Shown one piece after another: positions 11,334 through 24,561 of a stretch of 64,000 nucleotides of DNA. The stretch spans positions 1,860,001 to 1,924,000 of the forward strand of contig JAMWBK010000004.1 of the NCBI GenBank assembly GCA_029953675.1, written 5' to 3'. Each line of letters opens with the position of its first letter. Positions within the stretch are counted from its first letter, which is position 1. The notes under the pieces were generated by a model. It searched no databases, was not told where the DNA came from, and saw only the letters and a program-made list of their open reading frames with translations. Both the position numbers and the translations under genes were made by a program. The DNA comes from Rhodosorus marinus CCMP1338 (taxonomy: Eukaryota > Plantae > Rhodophyta).

Positions 11334-13051
11334 TCAGTCTTCGTCGCCATCGTTATCGCCCAAATCGCTTGAATCTCCTGCTTCCCTTGCCGCTTGGGCA
11401 TTGGCTATCCTTCGCTCAGTTCGCTTTACCACATGGGAGGGCAAGCGGGCCTTGAAATGGTTGAAAATGTCCGCTTCGCCCACCACACCAAAATCTATTA
11501 CTTTAAGGCTCCCAAGCGAGCCGCCTACACTTGCAAGCAACGGATGGTCCATGTCGGCACTGAGATGGACGTCAAAAATTGCCCCGCATCGTAAGCCTCT
11601 TCGCGAGGAGACCTCAACTGGCCGATCTTGCTGAATGTCGAATACCTAAGAGTCACAGGAGAGGTCTCAGCAGCTGAACGGAAAAGGAGTCCACTTCCAA
11701 CTGTACCGGACAACGCATCCGGCGTGCTACGAACCTTCAGCGTCTTGTCCACTGAACCAACGACGAGCAGACCGTCCACATTCGCTGAGAGCGAGCAAGC
11801 GGAGGCGGCGCCCTTGAAAGCCTTCAAGCTCCAAACCGGAGAGGACCCGCTTCCACCTTTGCGCATGTCAAACTGGCTGATGAAACCATCCTCCGTGGTG
11901 GCTAAGTAACTGCTCGTTGGAGCTCCCGTCCGATTTATCCACAGTGCCTTCTCAGCGTCTCCATTAAGAGAAAACCTTGAGGACACGTCTCCAGATCGAA
12001 CATCAACTGTCTGCACAGTTTTGTCGAAGGACGCGCTCAACAACAGGGATTCCTCTGTTGGATGCCAACTGACGGCTTGAACCTTATCCGAATGATGTGC
12101 GAGGGTTTGCACGCACGATCCGCTCTCGACGTCCCACAGTTTGACTGTGTTATCGGCGGCGCCACTTGCGAGATACTCGTTCTGCACTGGATTCCAGGAT
12201 ACGCTCATGACCTACAAACAAGCGCAGAATTTAGTTACGAGGTCAGTTGATCAGACCCTTGATGGGCGTACCTCTCCAGTGTGACTGTCTGGGACAATCT
12301 TTGGAGCCTTCTTCTTCTTCTTTTTGTTGCTCGTTGAGACTTTGCCCCTTTCCACATAGTGACCTCCAAGAGAAACAAGCGGCTCTAAAGAATCCACATC
12401 ATTCAAATCCCATATGTCGATACCATACAAAAAGGATCCAACCGCTGCAAGGTTTCCCCGAGTGTACCCGAGTGTAGGATGATAACTGCTCCAAGCTACA
12501 CAGAGCGGGAATGCAGGAAGAACAGTTTCGTGATGGAGGTAGAGGTTGGGCTCGTCGTCATCGACATCTTCATATATGTATACCTCCATTTGCGAGATAT
12601 CTTCACCCGCACGAAGCGCAACGAGGGGCATGTCGGTATCCCTACAGAGTACGGATCGAAAATTAACTGGAAAAGTCAATAAATTCCTGATCATCGATTG
12701 CCAGAACCATATTTCAAGACCAGAAACGCCAGCTAACCTGTAAGTCATATCGTCGAGCTCATCTTCGTCATAGACTTCGTCCTTGTCCTTAATATACGGG
12801 TCATCACGGTTGCTCTTGTGAAACTTCAATCCATCCAGATCATCCGCCAGAACATCTGCAATCTCCACCTTCTCACTCTCCTCGTCTGGCTCTTCATCCA
12901 TTTGAACTGCCTCTGAAGCCTGGTCTGCTTCGGCGGCTTCGGCAGCTTCGGCAGCTTCGGCGGCTTCGACGGCTTCGACGGCTTCGACGGCTTCCTCTTG
13001 AAGCTTCGTCTTTGAAACTCCCTTCGGAATCCATGCTGAAGCACACAGCAT
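11334..13051 (-). CDS. PWP1: Periodic tryptophan protein 1 (WD40 ribosome biogenesis factor)
   Basis: N-terminal MLCASAWIPKG, acidic linker, LYLHHETVLPAFPLCVAW, GNLAAVGS..IDIWDL, LASGAADNTVKLWD, HHSDKVQAVSWHP..LLSASFD. Confidence 0.92.
12927..12994 (-). repeat. Coding 9-bp tandem repeat encoding (EAV)3(EAA)4 in PWP1
   Basis: gcttcggcg/gcttcggca/gcttcgacg units read directly. Confidence 0.85.
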
Positions 13052-13902
13052 CTTGCAAAACAACTAGGCTCGCAGGTGTTGACCCCTTAAGCCTCCTCCG
13101 TCACCTCGGGAAGTGCCAACTCAGACCACCCACAAATATAACAAAAACGGCCCACTTTGACTAAAAGAACCACGGACTAGCGAACAGCTGTTCTGCTCTT
13201 AATCCAGATACATCACGAATTCCACAGTCACAGGAGACAATAGACAAAACATTCCTCAAGGCAGCTTCCTTCCCAGGGCTCATATATACCCTTCACCATC
13301 CGCATGAAATCCCGATCGTCGTCAAGGAAATTTCTGTTCGGCCATGATAGCACGAAACATTGAAAAAACGAAAACTTTTGTTGGCCAATGAATTCTGGCT
13401 GATGATACCTGTATTCAGTCAATCATGAAAAATGGAATTGTTTTAGGGGTTTGGTTCAACTGAGGATTCTGAGGGAAGAATGGCAGTGGTACCTAACGTA
13501 GTTGAAGGAACCTAACTGTGTCAGATACTAACTGTATCAGAGACATTTTCATCATTGCTGGCCCCCTGCATCACAAGATAAAGCTGGGCAAACAGACAGA
13601 GCTATCCCTATCCAGAAAATGAGAGCACAGAATAAGTGCTAAGGTGCGTTTCTGGGGTTGTTCCAGTGGACGTGGACGAGACGGTATTCTCGATGAGCAA
13701 CGACCCTGTAGCCTCCCCTCACAAGCTGAAAAACCATAGCGCGTCAGTGCGCTGCAGCTGGAAGCCAGCTCTGATTGTGTCATAGCGCTTTCAGATCGAT
13801 CTCGCTGACATGCTTCCATACCCCGTTGAGGGAACTTCTGTTCACGTCCAACTCTTGTCCCGCGTTTGTTCTTCGTCTTACTTCATATTTTAATTCTTCA
13901 GT

Positions 13903-16234
13903 CTAGTTTCTTATCGATTGTGAAATCACCTTGAAGACGTCGCCTTGAGCATAGTCGTTGTCAAGCATGGAGACAAGATAATAGGTATCTGCAATGCGGT
14001 TGATGGTCTTCGATGAGTTACTGTCGAGCCCATAATGGCTGGCGAGGCTCCTCCAGATCCCGAAGGCCTCATCGCTCCATGCCTTGAAGCTGACTGGGTC
14101 TAGAACCCATGGTTGAAGGATCTCTTGATTGGGGAATATTCCCCATGTTACAGTTGTAGCGGAGTCCATCGTGTTGGACATAACCATATCCGTCTTGCTG
14201 GACAGCGCAGATATAGTGACAGTTGGATACTCCTTCGCAGACTCTATCAACGCGTCCAGTTGATCTTTCGGTGCAAAGAACTCCACGTACGCTTTCTGGT
14301 AAACCAGTCTGCAGTTCTCCAAATAACGGTACAAAACTGTTAGAACATCTCGTCAGATAGTCAAGACTTTTGAACAGTCCTTACCCTTTCTTGGCTCCCC
14401 AGCCCAGGACTGGATCTGAAGAGGGAACTCCGTTCGCACGGGCCTGAGCATTAATCGGCAAAAGGCCCAGCTTGCACATCCACAGCAGCTGAGACTTCAT
14501 CAGCGATGCCTGTTCATATAGTCCATCCTTCTCACACCACGGGAAATTCGCCCGCTCCTTCGAGTAGTATTTGGCGAACATGGCTTGCACTGCGGCAATG
14601 GAGTCCAACTAGAAACGGTAACCACGGCTCTACAGTGAGCAATTTATCTTGGGTGCCTTGCGATCCATCCGTCTGCTCTGGATAAGACCCTCACCTCTCC
14701 ATAGTGTTCAAGAAGCTTCTTCGCAGCTTCTGGCGTAACGTCCCCGTTGTTAAGGATGTTCTCCTTCGGAGGATCCGAGAACATCCGAGCCGTCCCATTT
14801 GTCCACTGAATCTCCGGATACTTCTCCCAGTTGGTTGTGCGGTATAGATACGACTTGAACCTGTTCGCCCAGTAGATCGGCCTTACCTAGAACCAACCAA
14901 AGAACAACGAGAACACAACGCTCGCTTGTTTAGAACGACTGAGCGAGCAATGCCATGAAGATTAGAAGATAGGTACGGTTACTAACCCTCTCATTTCGAC
15001 GAGGGTCGAGTGTGGACTGTCGGAACGGTAGTGACCGGATTGCTTCGGTGGAGGATACAAATCCAAGTCCGTCGACCATTGCCATGACAGTGTTTTCCGT
15101 ATTCAATGTGTAGAAGTGGATCCCAGGGCAAAGCCCAGATTTCAAGATTTTTGTGCACATGTCTATTCCGTAGCGAATTCCCAGATCTTTGACTGCCGCA
15201 TCGTCATCCTTAACCTTCTCAAGGGCCTCACTGAGTTCAGAAGGTACTGCAGTTTTGCAAAAACCTAGCCACAGAACCGTAATTTGGTTAGCTTTGAACC
15301 AATTGCCCGGTACTTGCGTTCAAAAGTCCATACCGGTCATCCTCTTGAACCCGTTGTAGTTCATCAGTGGAAGGATTCCAGGCAAGATGGGAACCTTGAT
15401 GCCCGCGTCGCGGCATTTCTTCACGAACCCAAGGAACAGGTCAACGTCGAAAAACATTTGTGTGATGATCACATCGGCTCCGGCTTCAACTTTTGCTTTC
15501 AAATTCGCAAGCTCTTCCTCGTACGATATCTTCCCGGCGAGGAATCCATCTGGATGCCCCTCTGGATACCCAGCCACCGTAATACTGAAGTAGTCTCCGT
15601 ATTGCTGTCTGATAAACTTGACCAGGTCAATGGCATGCTCAAAACCGTCCACAGCAGCCTTCCATTCCTCACCTGAGGTCGGACATAATGTATTAGTTTT
15701 CGCAGACATCCGGCGACTTCGTGAACTCTGTCAGCCTACCTGCTGGAGGGTCACCACGGAGAGCAAGAATGTTGTGGATCCCCTTTTCCTTGGACTCCTT
15801 CAGAGCTTCCTTAGCAACACCTGCAGGCATATTTGTACACGTCAAATGCATCATGCAGTCCAAGCCCTGATACTTTTGAATATTTGTTGCAATGTCCATT
15901 GTCAGGGTCGCCGTCGACCCACCCGCTCCCCAAGTAATATCACAAAAGAGGGGCTCAAGACTGGCCATACGGTCGATCCTCGCATGGAGGTTCTCCACAC
16001 CGGCCTGCACACAAAAAAAACCCGGTACAGCCGAAATCGCTTTTTAACACCGATAAACCGACCACGCTGTTGAGTGCCTGGAGATCGCAAAAAGCTTACC
16101 TCAGTCTTCGGAGGAAAATATTCAAACGAGAAGAATGTCTTTCCCTCCTTCTCCTTCTGAGCGATCTTGTCGCAGACCCTCGGAACCTCCCTTAAGTTCA
16201 CATCCATATTCGAATCCGTTGCTGTTTCGTGCAT
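13903..16234 (-). CDS. MTHFR: Eukaryotic two-domain methylenetetrahydrofolate reductase (start at 16234 or 16207)
   Basis: FSFEYFPPKT, DITWGAGGST, MHLTCTN, NILALRGDPP, VAGYPEGH, ITQMFFD, IHFYTLN, VRPIYWANR, VYQKAYVEFF, VTWGIFP. Confidence 0.95.
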
Positions 16235-17239
16235 AGAACAAAAAAAACAGCTCTCATCACCCCTTCGAAACTAGGGAACCTTGGATTGTTCTTGTTTAAG
16301 CTCCTGGTCCAGAATTCCCATCGCCAAAACTCCAATCAAACATTGTCAACCCCCTCCAACCCTCCCCCCCTCAACACCGGCCAGCCGCTCGGCATACAAA
16401 CAATCCAATGAACGCTCCACAATCCCCAAACACAACTTAATCCCAAAAACTTCTAAAATATTAATAAAACACTAGGCCCTTAAGAAAGCGCGTCGCTTAA
16501 CGCTGGGTATGAAGATCCATATTTCAATTAAAAAACCAGACGGGTGGCAGATGATAATTGGAACAATCTGGTACCATCGGATGATGATTGATTAATATCG
16601 ATTGAAAGACATGTGTTAATCCATAATTGGATTTTTATGAATATTGCCGTCCTAAGCGGAACTACCGTGCCGGTGTTCTTTTATTTTGTAAATAAAATGA
16701 AGATGTTCTGATTTATTTACGTTTTATTTATATGATTGTTGAGAATTAGCTAATTAACATGTGCCAAGTGTCCAGCAGGGTATTGCCAAGAGCTTTGGAG
16801 AAAGAGGTGAGTTAGACTGGCACTGATCTGAAGGCCATTGTCTGGCCGACAGGGACCAGCATGGATTTGAACAGGAGGGCAGTGAGTCTCTGATTACGTC
16901 AGACGTACCTAAAATTTGTGAAAAAGCAACCCTTTTGTGGTGTATGCTTTGAGAGAGGTTGGGTCGGGCATTGAAAGTCTGGGGTGCTTTAAGATTTGAC
17001 GTCAACACCGCCCTCCGTTCCAACCCGGTGTGCGTATCGGTGAAGGATCTTCCTCTGCGATGGCTATCCCATGGCTCTGTGGCCGACGTGAGGCTTTGCA
17101 ACCGCTGAGGTAGTTAGCGTAACTTGGGAATTCTTCCGTGAGAGGTTACCGGCGAACGCCGAATGCATAAAGGAAAGTAGAGGCATTGGTGCAGTGTAGT
17201 TTTGTATCTCAGAATTCAAAAGCGGCAGCCCAACCATCG

Positions 17240-18050
17240 GTGTTGCCACTGTGGCCAGAGAGGTCAAATTAAGAGAGACTGCTGGAACGCCAGCGCTGAT
17301 GGAAGACTGATTACCGCACTCGCCTTGGTGGAAGAATAGGATAACCCGGTGACCAATGGGACTGATGTAGTCAGTACCCATATCAGAGAGGCTCACCGTT
17401 CGTTCAACATCGTGCAGGACAGCGAGCAAACCCTAGGTGGTCAGCGAGTCCTCTATGCAGAAGGGATAGAACGAAACAATATTTCAATAGTCCAGACAGC
17501 CACATGTGGAGCGCTGGTTGTCATTCAAGCGAACGCATCATCCATAAAACACCACAGAAGGATTCTTACTATATCCCAAAGAGAGGTCCTGCCTACTGTT
17601 TGAAATACATCAATGACAGTGGTGGTGGACACCTAGCTCCGTATGACCATGACACCCAACGTCATACCAAACTAATGCATGCGGATGAGCGTGTCATAAA
17701 GGATATGCTGAGTGGGTCATGTCGGACTCGTGAAGAGTTGAAGGTAGTTCGTACACGGACAAGGACTCCTGGATCATACCACAGGTGTGATATAATACAC
17801 TCTGACCTCTGTGGGCCGGTAACGCCAGTAGCCAGGGGAATTTCAAACCCCATCTTATAGAGATCTGCTAAATAACAGTTTGTTCAACTACAAAGATTCC
17901 TTCGCAAACAAAGTCTGACGACGACTTTCGAGCCTGGTGAAAGTCGCTACGATGAGCAAAAGGTCCCACAACGACTATGCCCTGGTGAGCTAGTCCAACA
18001 AGAGATCACCCACTGTACTCTAATCATTCAACTCATAGCCCACCGAGCAC
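17240..18050 (+). mobile_element. Degenerate Ty1/copia retrotransposon fragment (Gag knuckle, protease, GAG-pre-integrase, integrase start)
   Basis: CCHCGQRGQIKRDCW (CCHC knuckle, H to Q) at about 17243-17290; protease-like STHI..F..LGG..LYAEG; LMHADERVIKDML; DIIHSDLCGPV at about 17790-17825. Order matches copia. Boundaries approximate. Confidence 0.75.
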
Positions 18051-18448
18051 CAGCAAGCCAGCCCTCAGTAGAGCGATTGTTGTCTGCCGAGGAAGTCAAA
18101 AATTGCACCGGACAGTGCAAAAAACTGGGCTAGGTGGAAACAAGCGTTCCATTTCGTCTCTTCCAAAAGTTTGATAAATGCAGACTCGGAACAAACCTAC
18201 GTGAACATTCAGCACTTCTTTGAGCCTTCCCCCCCATCGTTTCTGTCACCGAGCACTGTGTCCTTGTACATATTAGGACAGAGTAGCTGCCCTGACTGTG
18301 CAACGCTTGTCTACTGGGGAACCTAAAAGGTCGAGAAGGGATCAATCTTGTAATCCATGCAGACCACATAGTTCTGGAACAGAAGACGGCGACCAAACTG
18401 CTCTGGAGGGTTATGGACGGCTTGTCCTGAAGCTGTCTTCACTCAAGC

Positions 18449-20366
18449 ATGAGCGTTCGAGTCCTCGTGGTTGGTGGTGCTTTAGGTACGCGTTCAACAG
18501 CTTTTCGCCTGCTTTTCTCTATAGATTCCGTAAGAACTAAACAAATGTACTCTCTCTCTACCCGTGACCGTGGATTGGCCGTCACATTCAACAGAGTTTA
18601 GCACTCTGGTGGCTAAAGTTGAAGCGGTTGTGAAGAAGAACGGCCCTTTCAGTTTCGTTCTAATCGCTGGTGACATTGGCGCATCAAGATTATCCGACCT
18701 GAAAGAGAATAAGCTTCCAATTCCAGGCTACTTCGCAAGCCAAAGCTTTGAAGCGGAGGCCGGTACCGAATTTAAGGAGAGCAACTTGACGTTTGTTGGC
18801 GAAGCTGGGAAGAAGGAGATCGAAGATCTGAGCGTTGTGTTCATTGCCGGTGGATATGATGACCCCTCAGAGAAGTATCGAAAGGATCCAAAAGAGTTTC
18901 CGTTTCCGCTGGAAATTCAAGCTGCCATGAGGACTGCCGGCGCTTTTGGAACTGGGCATCAAGGAGTTGACATACTCGTGAGCGGCGACCAACCGTTGGG
19001 GATTAAGTTGAAGCAAGAGAGTCTTCCAACCAGCGGATCAATGCTCGTCTCCGCGACAGCTTTGGTACTGAAACCTCGGTATCATTTTTGTGGTGGCAAG
19101 CCCGAAGTCTACGCTTCCTATGGCCCGTTCGTCGTTCCCGGCTCGGACCACGCAACGCGTCTGTTTAAGCTGGGCTCACCAACCCCTGCACCTGGCGTCA
19201 AAGAGCGCTGGCTATATGCGGCGGCTGTAAAGCCTTTGAAAGGAATGGATCCGAATCAACTGGAAGGAAGCTCCTCCTCAGCCAATGTTTATCAGATCAA
19301 CAAAGCTGGTACTCCACGGCCAGGCTCAGAGGTACGTCAAATTGCCCTTACGCTAGCTCATTGCAGCTTCGCTCAGGGCGAACTCTATTTTATCCTGCCC
19401 GGCTTAGCCGACAGGAGGTTTCTTCTACAACATGCCACCGAAGAGAGAAGATCGAAAACGGAAGGCCAACGGGGACAGGGCCGGCTTTCGCAAGAGGTTT
19501 GAAGGACACCCCGTCGATGCCAAGTGTTGGTTTTGTCTTGGCAACGAGAAAGATCTTCACTTGGTCATCAACGTAGGGACTAACATATATCTTGCACTAG
19601 CCAAGGGCGGGATTAACACCGAGCATGTGCTCCTGATACCCATCCCTCACGTTCGATCGACTCTGGAATTGTCAGCGGAGCACTACGCTGAGCTGGAAAA
19701 GTTCAAGTCAGCTCTACAAGAAACCTTCAGGAAGAATTTTGACTCTGACTTAATGTTTTTTGAGAGGGTCGTGAACCCACGAGGTACAATTTGGAAGCAG
19801 TCGACACTGCTGGAAGGCAGTACTCTGAATATTCTATGACTTCTCTTGTGCAGGAGGGGAGCTTCACAGCCATACACAGATTCAGGCCATTCCCGTGCCG
19901 CGCGAGACAAGCGCAGTCGCATCTGTGAAGCTGGGCGAGGAAGCGCAGAGGTCGAAATTGAAAATACGTGAACTTCCAAAGGGAAAATCCTTGAGGCAAT
20001 TTGTCAAGGAGGAGTCCGATGAAGATCATCCTGAGTACTTCTATATCAGACTTCCGGACGGAAAAGAAGCGGTACAGGTACGCATTTTTAGCAACCAGTC
20101 ATTCTCGAGTACGTGAGCGCTGTCTGAAGCTCGAGAATTGTTCTGACGCATTTCAGCTTATCAGCGTTGACAAGAAATCGGAGTCGAGAGAGGAAGGCCT
20201 ACCGATTCACCCCATGCAATTTGGTCGACGCTTCACGGCGGCACTTCTCGGTAGAATGAATAGATTGGATTGGAAGAGATGCGTGAAACCCACAGATCTC
20301 GAAGCTCAAGACGCGGACAGGTTCCGCAATTTGTTCGCTGAGTTTGACCCCACACAAGAGGAGTAG
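18449..20366 (+). CDS. CWF19L1: CWF19-like protein 1 (Drn1; debranching-associated splicing factor)
   Basis: MSVRVLVVGG..VEAVVKKNGPF..AGD (pseudo-metallophosphoesterase), VDILVS..P, LKPRYHF, HATRLFKLG, ERWLYA; CwfJ C-terminus CWFCL..HLVINVG..YLALAKG..EHVLLIPIPH, FFER, PEYFYI, QFGR..DWKRC. Confidence 0.9.
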
Positions 20367-20559
20367 CCACATGCTTTCGGAAGCCGCGGGGAGGATGGTA
20401 CGGTCCCCTCAAAACGATGCGGATATCATGCGAGTTTTGCGGGAAAAATTCGAATGACCACGATTCTTGCGATAAGGTTGTTACTACGAGTGTTAGTTAG
20501 ATCATGACCAGGATTGCGGGATCGATATTTGTCAGCTTACGGCCTTTAGCTGTGGTGTA

Positions 20560-21750
20560 AAGTCGTCGGACAGTAAACAGGCGTGCGTTGCCAGTTTTGT
20601 GTGAGGTGGTGGCCTCTACAGTTGTTACTAAACTCCCCATCCACAAGGTTTTACGCTTGTATTTGATTTACCTCGTAAATACCGGACCAAAAAGTCCTTC
20701 CCAATTGATAATAATCCTGGCCTTCCGCCGTGAGCAACATAATTCGAAAGCGGTTCTAGAAGACTGCATATCATCAGTAAGCGGGGAAAGAACCCAAACA
20801 GGTCACCCTTCTGCGTACAGTTAGCCTTGGCTCCCTGAGCGACTTCTCATTTTTCATTCTCCGTTTCTCCACCTATTATTACCTATGTCACATTAGTTGT
20901 CTCGTTTTTCTTCCTTCATAGGACGGAGAGAGGGAGATGTACAGTGTTCAGAACAAGTGGCCACTTCCAAGGGCTTTGAAGCGGTGATGCTTTACCTCTA
21001 GTTCATTTGCTGGTGTAGGTGTGGCAACCTTTGGTCGATCCCGTTTCGCTGCTTGGGCAGTACATCCAATCGTCTCCTGAAAGTGCGAACGTCAGGCAAT
21101 CAGCTCGGAAGTTCGCTGCCAGTTGTTTTCGCATGACCAATACTTACGAAGTGGTCATTTTCTGCCTCCCTACTCATCCGGACAAGGAGCAATGCCTCGA
21201 CGAGGTCCGCATCAGAAACACCCTGCAGAAATCTGGACGTCTCCGGGGAAATAGAGTTCTTGTGCTCTGCAAGCCCTTCGACGAGGATACCATTTGAATC
21301 TTCCACGTTCCTATCCGCGTGTAGTTCGTCCCCGTTTCTGACTCTAGAGCTTAGTTCTGGCCAACGCGAATGATCTATTGACCTGATCTGATTTATTCCG
21401 ACCTTTTCCAGCTTCAATGTTTCGTTGCCCTACAGAAAGCAAGAAAACGTCTCTTCTTAGCGGGGGGGCGGAGCATTCGAGTTGGCGTTGTCGACTTACT
21501 CTGACTATCTGCCATGCCTGTCTCCGCATTAACGTTCTGGTCCTCTTGTGTCCACATCTACGGGCGAGTGCGCTAATGTTGCCCACCAGGTTCTTTGCTG
21601 ATCCATGTTCGAGCGCGTTCATAGCGCGAATTGAGTTCGACGCTGCTAACGAGGGATGCAGAACAGGAGAGAGGTCGGTTTCAGTCGAAGAGATCAGGAG
21701 CTGTTCTAGTCAGAAGTACATGTTGATCAAGTTTCTCCATACCCATCTAT
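20560..21750 (-). CDS. Hypothetical multi-exon protein, model uncertain
   Basis: Open frames 21344-21622 and 21100-21417 can be joined by GTAAGT..AG introns, and a sense-strand G-rich tract lies upstream (21830-22200). No recognisable domain. Confidence 0.3.
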
Positions 21751-23510
21751 CTGATCCTCGCGGTCGATACCCGACCAGGAGGACACCAACAGTATCAAAT
21801 TTACCAAGCCTGAACGATGCAACTCCACTCAGTGCCGCTCCTCGGGAGCCCAAGAGATCCGAACAACACCCACGAAGCTACCCCACTCCAAACTTCCCCC
21901 TGTTGAGCCTGTACTCTCAGCTCCCCCACCCCTGGATCCACCAACCAGTCTATCGAATACCTCAAAACCCCAAACCAAAACCCAACCCGCCCACCACCGC
22001 CTCTCTCCTTGGACCGTCCGAAACTGCTCTGCGTCTTCCCTATCAACAAACTACCTTCCAAACAACTCCCTCCCTTTTCCCACATCAACACGTTCCCTAC
22101 CCACCCCTCCCCCCTTCCCCACCCCCTCAAGTCCTCCCCAACATTCAATAAGAGAATCCCATAGCCCGCCAAAACACCCCCAGGCGATTTCCTCAAACCT
22201 GAGGCGTTCTACATCAATTCATCCCGAAAACAAACGCCACGAGATTTTTGTAGAGTCTCTTACCCCCCGTCCTCACCCTTCCTCATCAAAATTTGCCATT
22301 CGTTTCATCTAGTAACTCGCGTCCGAGTATCTCACCTCACAACCTTCCCACCCCTTTAGTCCAATTTTTCATGACCCAAAAAAAAGAAAAATGTAAAAAG
22401 GGTAAATTATTTCCAAAACACTGAAATAGAATCGCGCGGGCTTCACCGTTTCTTCCTACTCCTTTTTTTTCGTTGTTTTTCGACTCAATCCCATGCGTTC
22501 TACGTCGGACACCCGGGACTCGAAAGTACGGAAAACGATGCGAAAAACAGGTTTTTCGTTTGGCAAATGGTTTTTCCTCGGTGATCGTTGACAGTCCCAA
22601 TGTTTACATTCATCAGGTGCACCCAAGAACGTAATTTTTATATAGAAAAACAGCTTCTCAATCTTTTTCTCGTTTTGATATGATTGATCTGCTCCGTATC
22701 ATCCCGCGCGCTGCTTTTAAGGCAAGTTTTTAACCCCTCTTTTACGACGTGATGCATTTGCTGTGGATCGGAGAAATAATTTCCCATATCAAATATTGAG
22801 CTAACTTAGGACGATTTTTACCCGTAGCGACGGTGCGGAAATATTTCAAGAGGGAGAGTAATCAAAGAAATTTGGGCCAAGATGATCTACGGATTGATTT
22901 CTATTTCGAAAAGCAGACTCCTTCTCTTGATCTGTTCAGGACCAGCGAAAAATACCTAAAACTAGCACATAAATTCATATTATGTAAATTATTTGCCTTT
23001 TTAGTTTAGATATTGGCGAAACACTGTCTAAAAAAAGTAAGAATATCACGTTCCGATTGGATTTTCAACGATGATCTCACGTGATGATTGGCCAAGTACG
23101 GAATTGTTATAACAAATAAAAAATAATCCCGCGAAAGTTAACTTATCAGAGACGACTATTTCAATTTGATGATATTGTAACATGGTAATTTTATAAGTAC
23201 GCCGGGGTTTTCCCGCCCAAGAGGTTCGTGGAAAGGGGATGGCAGAGGTGGGAGCAGGAACAGGCTTTTGAGGCGACTGGAAGTTGCCATGTGGAGAACG
23301 CGGAGGAGGGGTAGAGCGTGGAAGAGTATTGAGTGAACTTCTTCACTGTGAAGGAACGATTTAGAGTTTGATTCCTTTTTTTCGTTTTGAGACGAGACGC
23401 CTAGACGCCGTGTGTTCGATATTTTCTTTCCTCTTTTGCTCTTTTTTCTCGTCTTTTGGTGGGCTTGTTGTTCGTCTGTTCTTTGTCTTGTGGTCTGTGG
23501 TTGGTTCGAG

Positions 23511-24255
23511 ATGGATACGGAGGACCTTAGGCTGCTTCAAGTTAAGGCTGGAGTTGTCAGGAGGTGAGATTGGGAGTTTCTTTTCCGGGACTGCATGGAA
23601 ACAAACGTTTGGGTGGTGAAAATTTTATCCGGGAGGGATTTGGAGCTCTGACAACGAGTTCTTGGAATTTCATTTCCTGAGTAGGACAATGAAGGAAGTC
23701 GAAATGTACGAGAAGGAGCTGGAAATGAACCTTTCAAAAGTGCAAGAGTTGAAGAGAAATGGTGCTGACTCGTCAGATATCAGACAATCGGTAGGTTTGT
23801 CATCACACGAAAAGAGCTAAACCCTCAATTCGACATCGGGGTCTTCTGCGGCCTTTGAAATCAGTCTACGAAGCAACAATCTGCGGACGAGGCCCCCACT
23901 TGCTGGTGTTCCACAAGATACCAAAGCATGATCTCAGTCTACGAAGATAAAGGCGCTTGCTGAGCCGCCTTTTTACTTTTTCGCCATTCTCAGGAAAGAG
24001 TGATGGCTGAAACAGAGGCTATGATACCAGACACAAAGAAGAGACTTTTGGGGGCTGTAGCGGACCTGCAGAGCTTCGTTGTAAGTATCGTTGGCGTTCC
24101 CGTATTACCCCTTCCTACTACCATCCTACTCAACTCCATCACCTCTGGACTTGGGACAGGAAACGTATCCGGACGGGAATGGCGCCTCAACCGGTCTTGA
24201 TGTCCACCAATTGCTCCTGGACGCGACGTCTCGCATGGCACCACTTCAAACGTGA
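23511..24255 (+). CDS. TBCA: Tubulin-specific chaperone A (tubulin folding cofactor A), 4 exons
   Basis: Spliced: MDTEDLRLLQVKAGVVRR-TMKEVEMYEKE..DIRQS-ERVMAETEAMIPDTKKRLLGAVADL; matches the KTGVVKRL..YEKE..MMIPDC..RL pattern. Confidence 0.9.
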
Positions 24256-24561
24256 GGTAGTGGTTTATGTTGCGGGCTGTTGAGCTCCAAGCTGTAAATA
24301 GTTCCTGCTATGTAAAAATACGCACTGGGTGGAGAAAGTTCAAGTCGTCAAAAACGTCACCTTGCGAATATTGAATGCGATTTGCTTTGTCCGTGGTTAC
24401 AAGAAATCTATTCGAATATCTAAAAACCTAGGGTGCACCCCTGGGGGCACTATGGACTCGCCTGCTGAGCTTTTCACTACGACTTTACGTGTCGTTGGAC
24501 GAGCGTCGAGGGTTGACACTGGGCACCAGGTTAAAGGCGTAACTGGATGAGGGTCAGTTTA

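Noticed and set aside
13560-13820. VDVDETVF motif resembling an ISXO2/Merlin transposase
   Set aside because: Single short motif, no other DDE residues or terminal inverted repeats.
21417-22196. Pro-rich + ORF and Gly/Trp-rich - ORF
   Set aside because: By-products of the C-rich/G-rich upstream tract.
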